Source of the DNA: Microcoleaceae cyanobacterium
GTDB taxonomy: Bacteria > Cyanobacteriota > Cyanobacteriia > Cyanobacteriales > Microcoleaceae
Assembly: GCA_051652765.1 (NCBI GenBank)
Contig: JBOFUV010000051.1
Coordinates: 1 to 10,497, forward strand
Direction of reading: 5' to 3'
Length of the DNA: 10,497 bases
Shown piece by piece: positions 1-9,468 of this stretch (position 1 is its first letter; each line of letters begins with the position of its first letter). Position numbers and translations under genes: made by a program. A model generated the notes under the pieces. The model worked only from the letters and a program-made list of their open reading frames with translations. It had not been told where the DNA came from and did no database searches.

Positions 1-14
1 AAGAAGGGAGAACT

Positions 15-28
15 GTAAAGTTAGATAC
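15..28. promoter_or_regulatory. NtcA-box match (GTA-N8-TAC) upstream of gltB
   Basis: GTAAAGTTAGATAC at 15-28, preceded by T, matches the NtcA consensus GTA-N8-TAC. It lies ~310 bp upstream of a nitrogen-assimilation gene. Nearby -10-like hexamers TAGAAT (44-49) and TATACT (58-63) are not at the canonical ~22-nt activator spacing. Confidence 0.45.
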
Positions 29-335
29 GGTTTGCAAAAACCGTAGAATTTGAAACATATACTCTACAAAACTCGACAATTCTTAGCAAATTATTATTTT
101 GTGCAGTCTTGAAGCTTAAGACTTTGACAACTTTGCTGAAAAAGTACTGTATAAATCCAGACAAAATCTAAAAAGATTGAAAATTGTTGAGCTAGACCTA
201 AGATTTCCTTAAGATCAAGTGGCCCAGAGTTTTTTTGGGTAGAAAATTCACCATAATAGATAGGACTCAGTTCTCCCACTGAAGCGAACTGAGTTGTAAT
301 TTGTTAATTTCTTTGCCACTTTCAGGTTACTCATT

Positions 336-3300
336 ATGAATCAGAACGCAATGCCAATTAAACAGGGGCTCTACGATCCACAATTTGAGCATGATGCTTG
401 TGGGGTCGGTTTTATTGTGCAGATGAAGGGGGAAAAGTCCCATGAAATTGTAGAGCAGGCATTGACGATTCTTTTGAACCTTGATCATCGAGGTGCCTGT
501 GGTTGTGAGGCCAACACGGGGGACGGGGCCGGAATTTTGATCCAGATTCCTCACAAATTTCTGCGAAACGTTTCTGGACTCCCCTTGCCCCAGCCAGGGC
601 AATACGGCGTTGGCATGATTTACTGTTCTCCTGATGCAAATATCAGAGCCCAGAGCCGCAAAGCCTTTGAACAAGTCGTCACAGACGAAGGCCAAACTGT
701 TTTGGGATGGCGAGATGTTCCGACTGATCACGCTTCCCTGGGAGAAACGGCTAAAGCCAGTGAACCTTTTGTCCAACAAGTTTTCATTCAACGGAATCCC
801 GAATTAACTGACGAGCTAGCCTTTGAGCGCAAACTCTACGTGATTCGCAAGCGTTCTCACATGACAATTCGGAACTCCGTTGACTCTTATTGGTATCCCA
901 GCAGTCTTTCCTGCCGCACGATTGTCTATAAAGGGATGTTGATGCCGGTTCAAGTGGGAGAATACTATCCCGAACTGCATGATCCCAATTTAGAAAGTGC
1001 CCTAGCCATGGTGCATTCTCGCTTCAGCACCAATACTTTTCCTAGTTGGGAGCGATCGCACCCGTATCGCTACATTGCCCACAACGGCGAAATCAATACG
1101 ATGCGGGGCAATATTAACTGGATGAACGCTCGCCAAGCCCTATTTGAATCGGAACTATTTGGGGAGGATATTCACAAAATTCGGCCTGTGATCAATATCG
1201 ACGGCAGCGACTCGTTAATTTTCGACAATGCTTTAGAGTTGATGACCTTGGCAGGCCGTTCCTTGCCCCATGCCGTGATGATGATGATTCCTGAACCCTG
1301 GACGGCCCATGAATCGATGAGCCAGGAGAAAAAAGATTTCTACAAATACCACTCTTGTCTAATGGAACCCTGGGATGGCCCCGCCTCCATTGCCTTTACC
1401 GATGGCACAATGATTGGGGCCGTCTTAGATCGCAACGGCTTGCGCCCTTCCCGGTATTACGTTACCAAGGATGATTTGGTGATCATGGCCTCTGAAGCTG
1501 GGGTATTGCCTGTAGAACCTGAACGGGTGGCCTTGAAAGGTCGGTTGCAGCCGGGACGGATGTTCCTGGTCAATATGGAAGAAGGCCGAATCGTGGCTGA
1601 CGAAGAAATTAAAAACCAGATTGCAACTGAATATCCCTACAGAGAGTGGTTAACCCAGCACTATGTTGAGCTAGAGCAACTCCCGGATGTCCCCACCGAT
1701 TTACCGCAAACTCCTGAACCCCAGCCGTTCGCGGACAGTGAAACCTTACCCCCTTCCTTGATCCAGCGCCAGAGTGCCTTTGGCTATACCTTTGAAGAGT
1801 TGCGGATGTTGCTGGCTCCCATGGCCAAGAATGGCGTGGAAGCGGTCGGCTCTATGGGAACGGACACACCCTTAGCAGTTCTGTCTGATCGCCCTAAACT
1901 GCTCTACGACTACTTCCAACAGTTATTTGCCCAGGTCACAAACCCCCCGATTGACTCGATTCGGGAAGAGATTATTACCTCCCCGCTCACTACTCTTGGA
2001 GCCGAAAGAAACCTGCTCAAGCCGGAACCTGAAAGTTGCCAACTGATTGAGCTGAAAACTCCTATTCTCAGTAATGCCGAACTCGCCAAACTCAAGCAGG
2101 TTAACCAGGGCGGCTTCAAGTCCATTACCTTACCGATTCTGTTTGATCCTACCCAAGGGGTTCAGGGCTTGAAGCAGGCACTAGAGATTCTGTTTGGCCA
2201 AGTGGATCAGGCGATTCACGCAGGGGCTAGCATTATCATCCTGTCCGACCGCGAGATCAATCAAAGTTATGCCCCGATTCCGGCCCTACTAGCAACTGCT
2301 GGCCTGCATCATCACTTGATTCGGCAGGGGACTCGAACCCGTGTTGGGATCGTATTGGAATCGGGGGAACCCCGTGAAGTGCATCATTTTGCGGTCTTGA
2401 TCGGCTATGGTTGCTGCGCGATTAACCCTTACCTCGCCTTTGAAACCTTGGATGACATGATTCAGCAGGGTTCTTTAACGGAGATAGATCACAAAACGGC
2501 TTGCAAGAACTACATCAAAGCAGCCACCAAGGGCGTGATTAAAATTGCCTCTAAAATTGGCATTTCCACCCTACAAAGCTACCGAGGCGCACAAATTTTT
2601 GAGGCGATTGGTCTGAATCAAGCCGTTGTTGACCAGTACTTCACCTGGACAGCCTCTCGGATTGAGGGGGCAGATTTAGCCGTGATTACCCAGGAAGCGA
2701 TTCTGCGTCATCACCATGGCTTCCCAGATCGGGAGGTGAACGGTCACACCTTGGATGTGGGCGGTGAATATCAATGGCGCAAGGATGGGGAACGGCACCT
2801 ATTCAGCCCGGAAACGATTCACACTCTACAACAGGCCACCCGCAACGGCAATTACGACCTGTACAAAAAGTATGCTGCTTTAGTCAATGACCAAAGTAAG
2901 CATCACTTTACCCTGCGGGGGTTGCTGGATCTAAAATCCCGTGAACCTGTGTCACTGGAGGAGGTAGAGCCGATTGAATCCATTCTGAAACGATTCAAAA
3001 CCGGGGCCATGAGCTACGGGTCAATTTCCAAGGAAGCCCATGAATCCTTGGCGATCGCCATGAACCGGATTGGCGGCAAGTCCAACACCGGAGAAGGGGG
3101 CGAAGACCCAGAACGGTACACTTGGACAAATGAGCAGGGCGACTCAAAAAACAGCGCCATCAAACAAGTGGCATCGGGTCGGTTCGGAGTCACCAGTCTG
3201 TATCTATCAAAAGCCAAAGAACTGCAAATTAAAATGGCTCAGGGAGCAAAACCAGGGGAAGGCGGTCAGTTGCCGGGATTGAAGGTTTATCCCTGGATTG

Positions 3301-4946
3301 CTAAGGTGCGCCACTCTACTCCGGGGGTGGGCCTGATTTCTCCGCCGCCCCACCATGACATTTACTCAATTGAAGACCTAGCAGAGTTAATTCATGACCT
3401 GAAAAACGCGAACCGCGAAGCTCGGATTAACGTCAAGCTCGTCTCCGAAGTAGGAGTTGGAACCATTGCCGCTGGAGTTGCCAAGGCCCATGCCGATGTG
3501 ATTTTAATTTCTGGCTTTGATGGGGGTACGGGGGCCTCTCCCCAAACCTCAATCAAACACGCAGGATTGCCCTGGGAATTGGGACTGGCCGAAACTCATC
3601 AAACCCTGGTGCTGAACAACCTGCGATCGCGCGTTGTGGTAGAAACTGACGGTCAGATGAAAACAGGCCGGGATATTGTGATCGCCGCTCTCTTGGGGGC
3701 AGAAGAATTTGGGTTCTCCACTGCACCCCTCGTAACCCTGGGTTGTATCATGATGCGGGTCTGCCATCTGAATACCTGTCCTGCTGGGGTGGCCACTCAG
3801 AACCCGGAACTTCGCAAGAACTTCATTGGTGATCCCGAATACACGGTGAACTTCATGAAGTTCATCGCTCAGGATATTCGGGAAATCATGGCCAGTCTGG
3901 GCTTCCGTAGCTTTAACGAAATGATTGGCCGCACGGATCTGTTGGAGGCGAAGCAAGCTGTTGACCACTGGAAAGCTAAGGGGATTGACCTGTCAAAGCT
4001 GCTCTATCAACCGGAAGTTGGGCCAGAAGTTGGACGTTACTGTCAAATTCCCCAGGATCACGGGTTGGAGAAATCCCTGGACATGACGACCTTACTGAGT
4101 TTGTGCAAACCTGCAATTGAGCAGGGCGAGAAAGTGACTGCCACCTTGCCGATCAAGAATACTAACCGAGTCGTCGGCACAATTCTCGGCAATGAAATCA
4201 CCAAGCGTCATTGGCATGGGCTACCTGAAGACACGGTTCATCTGCATTTCCAGGGTAGTGCTGGCCAGAGTTTCGGAGCATTTGTCCCCAAGGGTGTGAC
4301 GTTAGAACTGGAAGGAGATGCCAATGACTACTTTGGCAAAGGATTAAGCGGCGGCAAGCTGATGGTCTACCCTTCAGCCCAATCTACTTTTGTCCCCGAA
4401 GATAACATCATCATTGGCAATGTTGCCTTCTACGGAGCCACTAATGGGGAAGCGTACATCAACGGCATAGCTGGAGAACGGTTCTGTGTGCGAAATTCTG
4501 GGGTTCAGACGGTAGTGGAATCCGTTGGCGATCATGGTTGCGAATATATGACCGGAGGCAAAGTGCTGATTCTCGGCCCCACGGGACGAAACTTTGCTGC
4601 CGGAATGAGTGGCGGTGTGGCTTATATTCTGGATGAGATGGGAGACTTTGCCAGCCGCTGCAATACCCAGATGGCGGACATTGAACCCCTAGATGAGGAA
4701 GATGTTGCAACTGTTCGGGAAATGGTGCAAAAGCACGTTGCCTATACTCGCAGCCCCAAGGGTCAAAGGCTGCTAGACACCTGGGATCAGGTTGTTTCTC
4801 AGTTTGTCAAGGTAATGCCACGGGATTACAAACGGGTGCTGCAAGCTTTAAAGGCTGCTTTGGCTTCTGGGTTAAGTGGGGACGAGGCATTAACGGCTGC
4901 GTTTGAAGCCAATGCCCGCGATGTGGCCCGGATTGGGGGCAGTTAA
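336..4946 (+). CDS. gltB: Glutamate synthase large subunit (GltB / NADH-GOGAT alpha-type), 1536 aa
   Basis: EHDA|CGVGF propeptide with N-terminal nucleophile Cys22 (class II glutamine amidotransferase), [48 protein letters not shown], [3Fe-4S] motif [14 protein letters not shown], and C-terminal GXGXG beta-helix. The N-terminus ([12 protein letters not shown]...HRGACGCE) resembles cyanobacterial GltB more than Fd-GOGAT GlsF; this subtype call is from recall. Confidence 0.95.
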   Translation: MNQNAMPIKQGLYDPQFEHDACGVGFIVQMKGEKSHEIVEQALTILLNLDHRGACGCEANTGDGAGILIQIPHKFLRNVSGLPLPQPGQYGVGMIYCSPDANIRAQSRKAFEQVVTDEGQTVLGWRDVPTDHASLGETAKASEPFVQQVFIQRNPELTDELAFERKLYVIRKRSHMTIRNSVDSYWYPSSLSCRTIVYKGMLMPVQVGEYYPELHDPNLESALAMVHSRFSTNTFPSWERSHPYRYIAHNGEINTMRGNINWMNARQALFESELFGEDIHKIRPVINIDGSDSLIFDNALELMTLAGRSLPHAVMMMIPEPWTAHESMSQEKKDFYKYHSCLMEPWDGPASIAFTDGTMIGAVLDRNGLRPSRYYVTKDDLVIMASEAGVLPVEPERVALKGRLQPGRMFLVNMEEGRIVADEEIKNQIATEYPYREWLTQHYVELEQLPDVPTDLPQTPEPQPFADSETLPPSLIQRQSAFGYTFEELRMLLAPMAKNGVEAVGSMGTDTPLAVLSDRPKLLYDYFQQLFAQVTNPPIDSIREEIITSPLTTLGAERNLLKPEPESCQLIELKTPILSNAELAKLKQVNQGGFKSITLPILFDPTQGVQGLKQALEILFGQVDQAIHAGASIIILSDREINQSYAPIPALLATAGLHHHLIRQGTRTRVGIVLESGEPREVHHFAVLIGYGCCAINPYLAFETLDDMIQQGSLTEIDHKTACKNYIKAATKGVIKIASKIGISTLQSYRGAQIFEAIGLNQAVVDQYFTWTASRIEGADLAVITQEAILRHHHGFPDREVNGHTLDVGGEYQWRKDGERHLFSPETIHTLQQATRNGNYDLYKKYAALVNDQSKHHFTLRGLLDLKSREPVSLEEVEPIESILKRFKTGAMSYGSISKEAHESLAIAMNRIGGKSNTGEGGEDPERYTWTNEQGDSKNSAIKQVASGRFGVTSLYLSKAKELQIKMAQGAKPGEGGQLPGLKVYPWIAKVRHSTPGVGLISPPPHHDIYSIEDLAELIHDLKNANREARINVKLVSEVGVGTIAAGVAKAHADVILISGFDGGTGASPQTSIKHAGLPWELGLAETHQTLVLNNLRSRVVVETDGQMKTGRDIVIAALLGAEEFGFSTAPLVTLGCIMMRVCHLNTCPAGVATQNPELRKNFIGDPEYTVNFMKFIAQDIREIMASLGFRSFNEMIGRTDLLEAKQAVDHWKAKGIDLSKLLYQPEVGPEVGRYCQIPQDHGLEKSLDMTTLLSLCKPAIEQGEKVTATLPIKNTNRVVGTILGNEITKRHWHGLPEDTVHLHFQGSAGQSFGAFVPKGVTLELEGDANDYFGKGLSGGKLMVYPSAQSTFVPEDNIIIGNVAFYGATNGEAYINGIAGERFCVRNSGVQTVVESVGDHGCEYMTGGKVLILGPTGRNFAAGMSGGVAYILDEMGDFASRCNTQMADIEPLDEEDVATVREMVQKHVAYTRSPKGQRLLDTWDQVVSQFVKVMPRDYKRVLQALKAALASGLSGDEALTAAFEANARDVARIGGS

Positions 4947-4960
4947 CCAATAGAAAAATA

Positions 4961-5033
4961 GTAGGTTGGGAAGAATCAGCGAACCCCAACATTCCATTGG
5001 AATGTTGGGGTTCGCCAACTCAACACCACCGAC
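4961..5033. repeat. REP-doublet (REPIN-like) inverted repeat, possible gltB 3' hairpin
   Basis: Perfect 18-bp inverted repeat GCGAACCCCAACATTCCA-T-TGGAATGTTGGGGTTCGC (4979-5015). The 30-bp unit at 4961-4990 starts with GTAG and has an internal GTTGGG...CCCAAC palindrome. An inverted degenerate copy at 5004-5033 matches it at 22/30 positions. Confidence 0.7.
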
Positions 5034-5354
5034 TCAACTATTCATTGAGTGTTTATCCAGTGTTTATTCAGTAATGTGCCTTTGGAAAATCGAATTTAGC
5101 TTAAAAAGCCCGCTCCACTTTTATTCCAGCCAGATTGCAATCGGTAGTTGTTCTCTATCAGCCGTTGTATCTCAGAGGACCAACTCTCTTTCAGGAGTTT
5201 TGTAATAATTAATTGTGCCAGAATGCAAAGTGTGAATCCTGAGACTTCAGGAAGCCAATGTCAAGTGTTGAGGAATTGGTTGCGTCCTCCTTGGGAAGGT
5301 CTTACGGCTTTCTCAGTGATCTAAATCCCATAAATCATCAAGGACACTAATCCA

Positions 5355-6671
5355 ATGTTAGATAGCCCTAACTCTCAAACTCCCCATCACGTTGTTATTG
5401 TGGGTGGTGGTTTTGCTGGACTTCATGCCGCCAAGGATCTGGGTCGTGCTCCCGTGAAGGTGACATTAGTCGATAAGCGCAACTTTCATCTCTTTCAACC
5501 GTTACTGTATCAGGTTGCAACGGGCAGCTTATCCCCTGGAGATATTGCCTCCCCGATTCGCATGGTTTTAAATCGGAACAAAAATACTCAGGTCTTGATG
5601 GAAGAAGCGACTGGCTTTGCCCCGGATCAGAATCAATTGGTTCTGAAAGATCGGAGATTGACCTATGACACGTTGATTATTGCTGCAGGGGTGAGCCATC
5701 ACTACTTTGGGAATGAACATTGGGAACCCCTAGCCCCTGGTCTCAAAACAGTAGAAAATGCCCTAGACATTCGAACGCGGATTTTTGCAGCCTTTGAACA
5801 GGCCGAAAAAGAACCTGACCCCGAAAAACGACAAGCATTGTTGACCTTTGTGATTGTTGGAGCAGGCCCAACTGGGGTTGAACTGGCAGGGGCGTTGGCA
5901 GAGATTGCCTACCGCATTTTGCGGGAGGACTTCCGCTGCATTAATACTAGGGAAACTCGGATTTTGTTGTTGGAAGGGATGGATCGAGTCCTGCCGCCCT
6001 ATCCGCCTGAATTGTCGGTCAAAGCAGAAGCCGCCTTGGTCGCATTGGGGGTGATGGTACGAACGAAAACTATGGTGACTAATATCGAAAACGACGTTGT
6101 CACGGTTAAGTCGGGAGATCAAGTCGAACAGATTATAGCCAAGACGGTGATGTGGGCGGCTGGTGTCCAGGCATCTCCCTTGGGTAAAGCGATCGCGGAA
6201 CACACCGGCGTAGAGCTAGATCGATCGGGTCGTGTCATCGTTGAACCCGATTTGAGCGTCAAGCATCATCCGAATATTTTTGTGATTGGAGACTTGGCAA
6301 ATTTTCCCCATCAAGACGAGAGACCGTTGCCAGGAGTTGCCCCCGTGGCCATCCAACAGGGGGTTTATGTGGCCAAGCTGATCCAAAAGCGACTAAAAGC
6401 CCAAACCTTGCCCCCCTTCCACTACAAAGACTATGGCAACTTGGCAGTCATTGGCCGAAATCAAGCGGTGGTAAATTTAAGGTTTACTCAGTTTTCAGGG
6501 CCGCTGGCTTGGTTTGCTTGGGTATTTGTGCATCTTTTATTCATCATTGAGTTTGATAACAAGCTGCTAGTGCTGATTCAGTGGGGATGGCGATATTTCA
6601 CCGGGGAAGGCGGGGCGCGGCTGATTACCAATCAAGAAAAAGTAGAGGAAAAGTCACCCGTTCAAGTCTAG
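5355..6671 (+). CDS. ndh: Type II NADH:quinone oxidoreductase (NDH-2 family FAD-dependent oxidoreductase), 438 aa
   Basis: FAD-binding VVIVGGGFAG, HLFQPLLYQVATG, second Rossmann motif VIVGAGPTGVELAG, WAAGV, IGD, PGVAPVAIQQG and an amphipathic C-terminal membrane region. AAGGA RBS ~10 nt upstream. Confidence 0.9.
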   Translation: MLDSPNSQTPHHVVIVGGGFAGLHAAKDLGRAPVKVTLVDKRNFHLFQPLLYQVATGSLSPGDIASPIRMVLNRNKNTQVLMEEATGFAPDQNQLVLKDRRLTYDTLIIAAGVSHHYFGNEHWEPLAPGLKTVENALDIRTRIFAAFEQAEKEPDPEKRQALLTFVIVGAGPTGVELAGALAEIAYRILREDFRCINTRETRILLLEGMDRVLPPYPPELSVKAEAALVALGVMVRTKTMVTNIENDVVTVKSGDQVEQIIAKTVMWAAGVQASPLGKAIAEHTGVELDRSGRVIVEPDLSVKHHPNIFVIGDLANFPHQDERPLPGVAPVAIQQGVYVAKLIQKRLKAQTLPPFHYKDYGNLAVIGRNQAVVNLRFTQFSGPLAWFAWVFVHLLFIIEFDNKLLVLIQWGWRYFTGEGGARLITNQEKVEEKSPVQV

Positions 6672-6733
6672 AAGACCGTCAACGCTTAGAATGAATGACA
6701 TAGTCAATTGTCAATCTGCAGGGTCAGGCTCCT

Positions 6734-9166
6734 ATGGTTACTAGCCAGCTTCTCGATCGACGCTATCAAATCATGGAAATCCTCGAGTCCACGGACATCG
6801 GGAAAACCTATTTAGCCAAGGATACTCGTCGTCCTGGAGATTCTCTCTGCTTTGTAAAGCATTTGCTCTTGGCTGCCGAGGAGCCTGAATTTGTCGAAAT
6901 TGTCCGCCGTCGCTTTCAACAGGAAGCCCAAACCCTAGAAAAGCTATCCGAACATGATCAAATTCCTCACCTGCTGGCTTATTTTGAGGAAAATAGAGAA
7001 TTTTATCTGGTGGAATCCTACGTTGAGGGTCAGTCCTTAGCCAATGAGATTCAACCTGGGCAGCCGTTGCCGGAACATCAACTGATTAAAATTCTGATTG
7101 AAGTTTTAGAGGTGTTGATTTTTGTCCACGGGCATGGGGTGATTCATCGGGATATTAAACCCAGCAATTTATCCCGCCGAAATTCAGATGGAAAATTAAT
7201 CCTGCTGGATTTTGGGGTAGTCAAAGAGATTAACCTGCATGAGAACTATAGTCCTCGCACCGCTAGGGTAGGAACCCTGGAATATATGCCTGTGGAACAG
7301 TTCGAAGGTCATCCTCAACTGAACAGTGATATCTACGCTTTGGGGATGATTGGAGTTCAGGCCCTAACGGGATTGCCAATTTATGAATTGCGCCGCTTAC
7401 GAGAAGGCAATCAATCGAATGGACGAGAAATTGCTTGGCGACATTTAGCCATTGTCAGTCAGGAGTTGGGCGATATTCTAGACAAAATGGTGCGCTATGA
7501 TCACCGCCAACGCTATCAGTCTGCTGGGGAAGTTTTGGCAGCGTTGAGACGGTTGAGCGATCGCCCCCAAACCACTGCAGCCAAACTAGAAGTGTATCGC
7601 AGTGAGGTTCGACGCTGCGCTGACCATCGCGGAGATATTTCTGTGGTGGGTCGAAAGATTCTAGATGAAATGCGCTTGAGTTTGGAGCTTGATCCAGAAG
7701 AAATTGAACCGATTGAAGATGAGATTTTAAACCCTTATCGGAAATATCATCAAAAAGGGGAACGGTACGAACAAGCCTTGGCTGCCGCAATTCGTCAGGA
7801 ATACCCCTTCAGCCCCGAAACTATTGAAGAGTTGAAGCGACTGCAACAAATTTTAGGCATTAGTGATGATGACGTTGCAGTGCTCGAACAACAGGTTTTA
7901 CCCAAATCGTTTTGGGACAAATTAGCGGAAAGTATTCCGGGGTTAAAGTCCAAGTCCTTAAAACGTTTACAGCCCCATCGAAGTTCTCCCACGGCTTACT
8001 TGCCCCGGAGAACTTCACCCAATCCCTGGATTTTAGTGGGAACCAGTTTGGCTGCTTTGTTAGCCCTGGGACTGGCAATTTTCGAGTTTCAAAGACGACA
8101 AGATCTACAGGTGACTCGACTGCAACAACAACAGCTTGATCAGCAAGCATTAAGTCGGATCAAACAAATTTCTGGCCGGGGAAGTTATGAACTTTGTATT
8201 AACGAAGCGACTAAAATTCCGGAAACCTCTAGTCAATTTGTTGAAGCCAAAAGTCTGTTACAGCAGTGTCAAGATGCTTTAAGCTGGAGAGTTCCTAAAG
8301 TTCAGGATTTTGCCCAGGTTCCCAGTGAAGTGAATGCGATCGCCTTTAGTCCCGATGGCAAATATTTGGCCAGTGGCAGCCAAGAAGGTTTGGTGAAAAT
8401 TTGGGATGCCGTAACAGGGGAGCTATTAGAAACCTTTGAAGGGGATTCATCGCCCATTTGGGCGGTCAATTTTAGCCCAGATGGACAAGAATTGGCGACA
8501 GGAAGTGACCTTTGGAGAATTCTAGAGTGGAACTTGGCGAACAAAGAATTGTTTGTGCCGTTAGAACATGCTGGGGCAATTTGGTCAGTAGATATTAGCC
8601 CTAATGAACAAACAATTGCCAGTGCCAGTAGTGATTTAACGGTGCGAGTTTGGGATCGACAAAGTGGGCTGGTTTTGTTTGATTTCCCGGTTCATACTGA
8701 TATCGTTTATGCCGTTGCTTTTACCCCCGATGGCACTCAATTAGTCAGTGGCTCCCAGGATCAAACGATTAAAATCATTAGCCTGGAAACGGGAGAGGTT
8801 CTCAAGAGTTTAGACGCGCATTCAGGGGGGGTTCGTACCTTGGCCGTTAGCCCCGATGGTCAAAAGATCGTGAGTGGAGGGTTCGACGATACGGTCAAAA
8901 TTTGGAGTCTAGAAACGGGCAAGTTGTTGCAGACATTGTCAGGACATTCTGGAGACGTTCTCTCCGTTGCTATTAGCCCCGATGGGCGCTCAGTTGCGAG
9001 TGGGAGTGCCGATCGAACGGTGAAAGTTTGGAGTCTAGAAACCGGTGAATTACTAAACACCCTGACTGGCCATACCAATGAAGTTGATACGGTTGCATTT
9101 AGCCCGGATGGAAGAGTTCTAGCGAGTGGCGGCAAAGATCGTGCAGTAAAGTTCTGGAAGCAATAA
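6734..9166 (+). CDS. Pkn2-type Ser/Thr protein kinase with transmembrane helix and C-terminal WD40 repeats, 810 aa
   Basis: Kinase motifs CFVK, HRDIKPSN, DFG, GTLEYMPVE and SDIYALG; hydrophobic WILVGTSLAALLALGLAIF; about seven WD40 repeats (e.g. GHSGDVLSVAISPDGRSVASGSADRTVKVW). Confidence 0.92.
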   Translation: MVTSQLLDRRYQIMEILESTDIGKTYLAKDTRRPGDSLCFVKHLLLAAEEPEFVEIVRRRFQQEAQTLEKLSEHDQIPHLLAYFEENREFYLVESYVEGQSLANEIQPGQPLPEHQLIKILIEVLEVLIFVHGHGVIHRDIKPSNLSRRNSDGKLILLDFGVVKEINLHENYSPRTARVGTLEYMPVEQFEGHPQLNSDIYALGMIGVQALTGLPIYELRRLREGNQSNGREIAWRHLAIVSQELGDILDKMVRYDHRQRYQSAGEVLAALRRLSDRPQTTAAKLEVYRSEVRRCADHRGDISVVGRKILDEMRLSLELDPEEIEPIEDEILNPYRKYHQKGERYEQALAAAIRQEYPFSPETIEELKRLQQILGISDDDVAVLEQQVLPKSFWDKLAESIPGLKSKSLKRLQPHRSSPTAYLPRRTSPNPWILVGTSLAALLALGLAIFEFQRRQDLQVTRLQQQQLDQQALSRIKQISGRGSYELCINEATKIPETSSQFVEAKSLLQQCQDALSWRVPKVQDFAQVPSEVNAIAFSPDGKYLASGSQEGLVKIWDAVTGELLETFEGDSSPIWAVNFSPDGQELATGSDLWRILEWNLANKELFVPLEHAGAIWSVDISPNEQTIASASSDLTVRVWDRQSGLVLFDFPVHTDIVYAVAFTPDGTQLVSGSQDQTIKIISLETGEVLKSLDAHSGGVRTLAVSPDGQKIVSGGFDDTVKIWSLETGKLLQTLSGHSGDVLSVAISPDGRSVASGSADRTVKVWSLETGELLNTLTGHTNEVDTVAFSPDGRVLASGGKDRAVKFWKQ

Positions 9167-9240
9167 ATTCTGCAGGAATAGTGCTTGAGCCGAATCGCAT
9201 CGCGCACCTGATCCAGCAGCTTTTTCGGGCGTTGTTCCAT
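9166..9240 (-). pseudogene. intI: Integron integrase N-terminal remnant (~22-25 codons)
   Basis: MEQRPKKLLDQVRDAIRLKHYS(CRI) matches the IntI N-terminal pattern KLLDQVR..IR.KHYS.RTE. Similarity ends at the kinase stop, and the rest of the 126-aa ORF is antisense to WD40 codons. It is oriented divergently from attI and the cassettes, as in canonical integrons. Confidence 0.85.
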
Positions 9241-9246
9241 TTGGGG

Positions 9247-9468
9247 TTTATGCAGAAAATTTCAAGGTAATCCTCCGAATAAATCGATGTTAGGCCGAAC
9301 ATTGCTGTGTTTCATCGGAGAATATACTGAAAATTTCAGGATAATCCTCAAATTTAGGATGTATACCCAGAAAGTTTCAGTATAATTTCAGCATCAGGGT
9401 AGATTATATGGAAAGTTTCAGGGTAATCATCCCAAAAGCGTTGGTTATGCAGAAAATTTCAACATAAT
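9247..9468. repeat. Five dyad-symmetric 25-bp direct repeats (NWTA-N4-GAAA-R-TTTC-A-N3-TAAT) in the intI-attI interval
   Basis: R1 9247-9271 TTTATGCAGAAAATTTCAAGGTAAT; R2 9321-9345 AATATACTGAAAATTTCAGGATAAT; R3 9362-9386 TATACCCAGAAAGTTTCAGTATAAT; R4 9403-9427 ATTATATGGAAAGTTTCAGGGTAAT; R5 9444-9468 GTTATGCAGAAAATTTCAACATAAT. Start-to-start spacing is 74, 41, 41, 41 bp. Confidence 0.9.

Noticed and set aside
94..279. 61-aa minus-strand ORF upstream of gltB
   Set aside because: AT-rich promoter region, non-ATG start and no recognisable motif.
5167..5180. NtcA-like GTA-N8-GAC upstream of ndh
   Set aside because: It mismatches a conserved triplet, so it is insufficient without binding data.
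4807..5205. Short ORFs 4807..4992 (-) and 4966..5205 (+) sharing MLGFA
   Set aside because: An artefact of translating the palindromic repeat on both strands; no coding features.
5237..5252. Short palindrome TCCTGA-GACT-TCAGGA upstream of ndh
   Set aside because: 6-bp arms could arise by chance and I recognise no regulator match.
6696..6713. TGACA-N8-TGTCA between ndh and the kinase
   Set aside because: 5-bp arms are too weak to call an operator or terminator.
327..8544. Other short ORFs antisense or out of frame within gltB, ndh and the kinase
   Set aside because: Shadow ORFs of long conserved genes with no recognisable motifs.
8901..9042. 16-bp direct repeat TTTGGAGTCTAGAAAC at 8901 and 9027
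   Set aside because: The copies are 126 bp (42 codons) apart, which is the WD40 repeat period.
8860..9240. 126-aa minus-strand ORF as a real protein
   Set aside because: Only the first ~22-25 codons are IntI-like. The rest is antisense read-through of WD40 codons.
9247..9468. CRISPR array interpretation of the repeat/unique-linker pattern
   Set aside because: Linkers are only 16 bp, the repeats are degenerate, there are no cas genes in the window, and the position between intI and a cassette explains it better as attI-associated.
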